Notes under the pieces: generated by a model
What the model was told of the DNA's origin: nothing
Seen by the model: only the letters and a program-made list of their open reading frames with translations
Databases searched by the model: none
Shown here: positions 57,833-64,000 of the stretch, one piece after another
Numbering within the stretch: the first letter of the stretch is position 1
How the letters are laid out: every line of letters starts with the position of its first letter
Assembly: GCA_026936335.1 (NCBI GenBank)
Contig: JAPMXV010000004.1
Location: 62,001-126,000, forward strand
Source: Mantamonas sphyraenae STR306
Lineage: Eukaryota > Protista > CRuMs
Reading direction: 5' to 3'
DNA: 64,000 nucleotides
Position numbers and translations under genes: made by a program

Positions 57833-60800
57833 ATGTCGGACCGCAAGCGAAAAACGGTACGTGGTGAACCGCATCGCATGTGTGTGTGTTCCCCTCATGC
57901 GTGGAGCAAAGCACAGGGCTGTGGATCGCTGTGCAAAGCTGCTGCGGCGGCCTTGGCCCTGGCGCAGAAGGCCCATGTCCGGAGTGTTGTTCCCGAATTG
58001 TGCCTGACACACCCTCCCGGACACCGCACGCACCCAATCACAGCGCGCGGCCTCCACAGACACCACCACTGGGGTGCAGTCGCACACGGGCGGGTCCTTG
58101 GCCAACGATGCCAAGAGACAGCGTGTGCAGCAGCACACCACGGACGGAGAACCGGGGGAGGCTTCACGCCCGCAGGTGTGGCACCAGCCCAAGCGTGCTG
58201 TGGTCAACGAGAACAACATTGCACAGGGCAAACGCATCTTTGACCGTGAAATGCGCCATCTCATGCATTGGCCCAAGGAGACATGGTCGCAGAAGCGCAA
58301 AATGGCCCTGTTTACGTGAGTGAACCGGGAGGCGCGCGGCGAGTTTCGGAAACCAACCACGGACCCCACGCTGCAACCTGTTCCCGATGCACCTCTGCAT
58401 ACGAGCCATTGTCAACTCACATCCTGATGCACACGCACACACACACACCTCCAGCTTTGTGTACAATGTCTGCTCGCGTCCTCAAACAAACGAGGAAATC
58501 TCCAACAATGCCGTCGAGAAAGAACAGGAACAGTTCTTCCACATGTACAAACGATACAACAGCATGTTTCTGGAGCTGTGGGAACCGCAGTTGCACAATC
58601 AACACGGCGAGAATCTCCTCCGTGCCTTTGTCAACCTCTTCAACGAGGCATGGGTGTGGGGCACCAAGATCAAGCGTGTCTTCCTCCACCTTGTACGTCT
58701 GCCAGCCATGCATGCATGCACACAGCACTGCACACATGTTCACTCACAACCCATCCACCCATCCAACCCCCACCTCTTCACGCAGGAAATGTGGTATCTC
58801 AAGGACAAGGGCATCCAGCTCACCCATCTGGTCACGGACATTTTCCGCGAGCAAGTCTTTGTCGAGTACGTCAAGCAGCTGCGTGAGGCTTCTCTCTCCC
58901 AGATCCATAGCGATCGCATCAACCCCGACGTCATGACAGACATCTTCGCCTCGGGTATGATCCGCCAGGTGGCCGAGATTTTCCAGAAACTCGAGCCCAG
59001 CAATCCCGATGCCGCCCATTCGTCCACATCGACCACTGCCACTGCCACTGCTGCTGCTGCTGCTGCTGCGTCCTCCTCATCATCATCATCATCATCATCA
59101 TCATCTTCCTCTTCCTCCGCGACAGTCGCCACATCTCGCTCAAATACACGCACGACGACACCGAATGCCATGGACACGGACGACGGAGGCGATTCCCGCG
59201 ATTCCGAGAGTGCAAACGCAACGTTGCCCACCGCACAGGTTCCCACAATCACCACCACCGACACGGGCGTGGACGAAGACTCGTCCAACAGCTCGTCGAG
59301 CCGCTCATCTGCCCCGACCCAACCAGCGGCAACCACAACCACAACCACAACCACAACCACAGCCACAGCCACACCAACCAACAACACAACCAACACACTG
59401 AATGTGCGGCCAGCGGCGCCGCCACGCACTGCCTCGACGTCAGATCTCAACGAACTGTACCAGAGGCAAAAGATGGAGGTGCACAGTCAACACGAGGACG
59501 AGGTTGTGTTTTCCCTGTACAAAGAGCAGTTTGAAGAGGCCATGCTGGAAGAAACGGCGCTGTACTACGCACGCAAGCGTGAGGAGCTGCTGGAGACCCA
59601 CAATTGTCCAGAGTACGCACGCAAAGTGCAGGTGTTGGTGCGGCAGGAGGCCTCACGTCAACAACTCTGCTTGCCTGTCATTTCCCACAAGGCGGCCATG
59701 GCCGTCGTGCGCACCGAACTCCTGGAGAACGTGGACCAAACACGCTTCCTGGAACAGCCCGGTGTGGGCATGCTGGCCATGCTGGAGAACGGCAAGATCG
59801 ACGAGCTGGCAGTGCTCTACGACATCCACCGCGCCCTCGCCAATGGCGTCCAGCGCCTGGGAAACCTGTTCAACCGCTGGGTCCGCGAGCAAGGCCATGC
59901 CATTGTGTCGTCAGACGTCCTCTTGCGTGACGGCAAGTGGGAAGAGACCGTGCAGATGCTGCTGGACCTGCTTCGCCGGTGCACACGCACGGTGGACAAC
60001 GGCATGGGCTCGGACGACCTCATTGTCGCTTCCATGGCCAATGCCTTTGAGTCGTTCTGCAACAAGACCCAACCGCAGGGCGTGCCTAGCGTCGCCGAGA
60101 TGCTCGCCAAAATGTGCAACCTGCTCCTCCTGCGCGGAAAGCGCAAACACCTCGGGGCAGATCGCGAGGATCAGGTCGAATTGCAGCTCGAGCCTGTGGT
60201 GCGCACCCTTGCCTACGTCAAAGAGCTGGATGTGTTTGTCAAGTACGCCGAAAAGTACATGGCCTCCCGCCTGCTCAACGAAACCACCGTGGGCATCCAC
60301 CAGGAACAGCAGCTGGTCAAGATGCTCCGCCAACAGCTCGGCTCCACACACACACGACACATGGAACGCATGCTCAAGGACCTCGATGCCAGCGAGGATC
60401 TCAACGCAAAGTTTGAGCAGTGGATCATCCACGAGTACCCAAAGCTCGCCAGCAAGCAGCAGCCCACCCCCGATGCTTCCGAGGCTTCCCAGGCCTCTGA
60501 GGCTCCCTCCTCTTCCTCCTCCAGGAACAGTACCACCAACACCGCAAACTCCTCCTCCTCATCATCAGCGACCATGGATACGGAATCATCATCCAGCACA
60601 AGCACAAGCACAAGCACGACCTTGTCGCCGGCCCCGCCCGTTCCGCTGGATTCTGCCCAGTTGGAACTCATGCGCAAGTCCATTTCCTTCCGCATCCTCA
60701 CCATGGGCTTCTGGCCAGCAACCATGTTTGCGGTGCGACAACTGCGCCAACCCAGCCAGTTTCTGGAGTACCAAGCCGCCGTGGCTGCCTTTTACGGACA

Positions 60801-61425
60801 CAACACGCGAGGTCGCAAGCTGCGCTGGCAGCCAACGTGGGGTTGGTGCCGCCTCGTGCTTCGTTTCGACAACGGCATCACCAAGGACCTGCATGTCAGC
60901 ATGCTGCAGGCCATCCTCCTCCTCTGCTTCAACGACCAGGACTCGTGGTCCTTTTCTGAGCTCAAGGAGGCTATCCAGATGCAGCCGTCGGATCTCAACA
61001 CCGTCCTCCGCTCGTTGTGTCGCTCACACGGTGTCCTGGCGCTTGCCGACGGCGGCGGCCATGACTTTGACGCGGACAAGCCCGACACCCGCTTTGTCAT
61101 CAATGACGCTCTGCAAAAGGCCAAACTGAGGCGTATCAATGTGCGCACCATCGAAGAGAGCGAAGAGGAGCGTGTGCAGGTGCAAACCAGCGTTCGCGAG
61201 GACCGCAGGCATCAGATCGAGGCTGCCATTGTGCGCATCATGAAGATGCGCAAACGCCTCTCGCACCAGGAACTCGTTGCACAAGTCATCTCCCAGCTCA
61301 ACAAAAAGCGTCTGGGAGGCACTCTGCCCGCCGAACAGATCAAAGCACGCATCGAAACCCTTCTGGACCGCGACTACCTCGAGCGCGACGAAGACGATGT
61401 CCAAACCTATGTGTATTCGGCGTAG
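57833..61425 (+). CDS. Cullin (divergent, with S/T-rich insertions), multi-exon
   Basis: DVFVKYAEKYMASRLL, MERMLKDL, ILTMGFWP, GRKLRW, neddylation motif IEAAIVRIMKMRK and IETLLDRDYLERD. Confidence 0.93.
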
Positions 61426-61459
61426 AGAGGCAACACAAACAGTACAAAGAAGTTGCCAC

Positions 61460-63938
61460 TCATTCCGTCTCGTCATCACGTTCGTCATCATCGTCGTTCC
61501 CCTCATCTTGGTCGTTGTCGTCGTCATCGTCGCTGTCTTCCTCTTCCACCACGTCGTCATCGTCTTCGTCCAGCTGTTTGCCCCGTCCACGTGAGGAACG
61601 CTTCGCCTTGACCGACTTTGCCAATCCTCGCATCTTGACAACGGAAGCCAAGTTGAGGGACGATGTGCGGCGTGCCTTGCCACCCCACGCAGCGGCAATG
61701 TCTGCTTCCACCTCGGCTCGAAACTCCTCGGAGCGCAGCAAGATGCGGTTGAGAAACGTCAGCATCATGTCGCACACGTCCTCCACAAACGCGCCCTTTG
61801 TGTTGGATGCCAGAACACGCCCTGCCTCTTTGTCCACCAGCACTTCGATCACAGCCGGTTCCGAAGGGATGGCCCCGGTGGACGACGAGGCGGTGTTGCG
61901 TTGGGTTTCTGCCACAGAGGCATTGTCGTTGCCCTGTGTATCGGCTGCATCTGCAGGATCGTCCTCGGGCATTCCGTTGCGATCCTTGCTGTTGGCCAGC
62001 GCAACACGCATAATGAGATAGATGAGCGAGGCAATGGTCTTCAGATTGACGCGCGTCTTGTCGTTCAGCTTGCGCTTGAACTTGAGACCGCCAGCCTCCT
62101 CGGGCTCCAGCAGCATTTTGAGCACGAGCACACGCGTGATGAGAAAGTTGCCGATCAGCAAACGGCGCTTTCGGTCGTTCATGTACTGCAGCATGTTTCG
62201 ATGATTCAAACTCACCTGTCGCTGCTCCTTGCGCATGAGGAAGCCCTCGGGCAGCACCACGCCATCGCTGCCCAGCCGCAGAAGGAACTTGACCAGTTCA
62301 TCCGGCATGTTCTCCACGTTGTCCACCAAGGCACCCACCACCATCTTGGCACGCACCTGCGTGCTCTTCACACGCGCACGCACCTCCGACGCACTGGCAC
62401 CGCCCTTGAGCAGTTTGAACCGGCCCGGTTTGACCAGCTCCAGATTCAGCTTCTTGTCGTCCACCACACGCGTGATGGCCGCACGCACGCTCTTCCGCAC
62501 CCACTTCACCGCCATTTTCATGTGAAACTCCAACTCCTGGTGCATGTCCTCCTTGTGGCCACGCATCCGTGTCCTGTACGCCTCTCCACGCAGCTGCATC
62601 ATCCCAATGAATCGCGACATGATCAGCAACACTCGCCAGCGCCGTGCCATCGCTGGGTTACTCAAACGCGCACGTCGCCCACGCATCGCCATGTAATCGT
62701 CCTCGTCGTCGGTGTCAAAGTCCTCGTCGTCCTCGTAATCCTCGTCGTCGCTGTCCTCCTCATCCAGTTTGGCCATGAATTCGTCCACCGAGTTTCGTCG
62801 CACCCCGGATGATGATGCCACACCTCCCAATCCACCACCACCACCACCAACCGTTTGCATCATCTGCCCTGTGTTCTCCACCACTTGTCTCTGCTGTGTT
62901 TGTGTGGACGGTGCCTTGCCCCTGCCCAGCAGCTGCGACTGCTGCTGTTTCCGCCGCTTGCGACTCGTCCCTGGCCTTTCCTTTGCCTTTGCCATGCTCT
63001 CCCGCAGCATGGCACTCTGAAGTTGCATGTTTTCCATCATCACCAGTGTCAACTGCTGCGTCATGTCCCCGTTGCTTGTGTACCGTGTGCGTTCCTCCGC
63101 CGCCACACGTTCCCTCTCCTTCAATTCCTCCTGCCACGCTTCCCGCCGCGCACGTGCCTCCTCTTCTTCCCGCTGGGCCTTTGCCCGTTCCATCTGCTCC
63201 GTCAGCAGCTCCACGGCGTGCTCCAACTGCCCGTTCTGCGTCTCCACCTCCTCCTGCCGCAACGCAGCCAATTGCTTCACCAGTGCCTTCTTGCGCTCCA
63301 TGGCCGCCTTGAGTGCCCGTTGCTGCTCACGCGACACTTCCAACAATTTCTGGTACGCTGCCCATTCCCCGTCGTTCATCGTCGTCGTTGTCGTTCCCAT
63401 CATCATCACTCCCGACCCACTGCTATCGCTTCTCCTCGACACAACCGAGGACGACGAGCCACGCGACACCTGCTGGTGCTCCCTTGTATCCCCATGATAC
63501 CCCACGGATACACGGGACATGTTTCGCTTCTGTGGATGGGCGTCAACACACACCTCTTCTTCCTTCCTTTGCCCGTTTCTCCTCCTCCTTTCACTCACTC
63601 ACTCTCCCGTCTCCCGTCTCGCTTACCTGTTCCTGCAACCGCCGGCTGATGTTGTGCATGCGCCTGTACATTTCTGCTTCCACGTCGCTGCCACGTCGCG
63701 ACGCCTGGCTGGCCAAGCCGCCTCGGCCTCCTTGAAGATCCGACTCGACAATCTCCACATCCAGACCGCTCTTGTCCCACTGCGAGTGATGCGAGTGCAC
63801 CGATGGCGAGGACGATATGAAGCTTGTCTCTTTCACTGTGTTTCTCTGCTGCTGCCGCGCCGCACGTGCTGCACGCCGCCTGTTGATGCGATGCAGCTGC
63901 GACGTCGACGACGGCGAAAAGTCAGAAAAGCCCGACAT
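61460..63938 (-). CDS. Uncharacterised coiled-coil protein, 2 exons
   Basis: 712 aa ORF plus an upstream exon starting MSGFSDFS (63938), joined by a gtaagc...cacag intron (about 63530-63626). Confidence 0.65.
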
Positions 63939-64000
63939 TGCCTTTTGGGTCACGTGGCGCACCCACCCACCCACCCACCCAACAACCACCATTGCACACC

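Noticed and set aside
1-64000. CRISPR array, tRNA or rRNA genes, and the many long overlapping ORFs in the track
   Set aside because: No repeat-spacer array or structural RNA gene was seen. Repeats are simple microsatellites, and the extra ORFs are antisense or alternate-frame shadows expected in GC-rich coding DNA.

Overview
Very gene-dense, GC-rich eukaryotic DNA, most likely from a unicellular protist. It has short GT-AG spliceosomal introns, abundant (CA)n/(GT)n microsatellites and intergenic gaps often under 100 bp. About 35 genes can be modelled by eye, most of them housekeeping: EXOSC8, SF3A2, PTEN-like, LMBR1, ChaC, NDUFB9, GET2/CAML, TCF25, ACSL, Kish, CRT-like transporter, FBXO8-like, Rab, CHMP1, SEL1L, DCP1 and a cullin. 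The outstanding feature is a ~5.3 kb segment (about 24254-29552). It carries one minus-strand, intron-containing gene of ~1650-1690 aa. The C-terminus has the RuvC/zinc-finger motifs of a TnpB/Fanzor RNA-guided nuclease. The N-terminus, visible only after splicing, has the ordered acidic motifs of a FEN1/XPG-type PIN 5' nuclease. Hairpins typical of an omegaRNA scaffold follow the stop codon. The segment has no recognisable transposase and appears to interrupt a host membrane-protein gene. Next to it is an intron-bearing, secreted SH3b-SH3b-amidase gene of bacterial/phage type. All calls come from motif recognition without database searches, and exon boundaries are manual.
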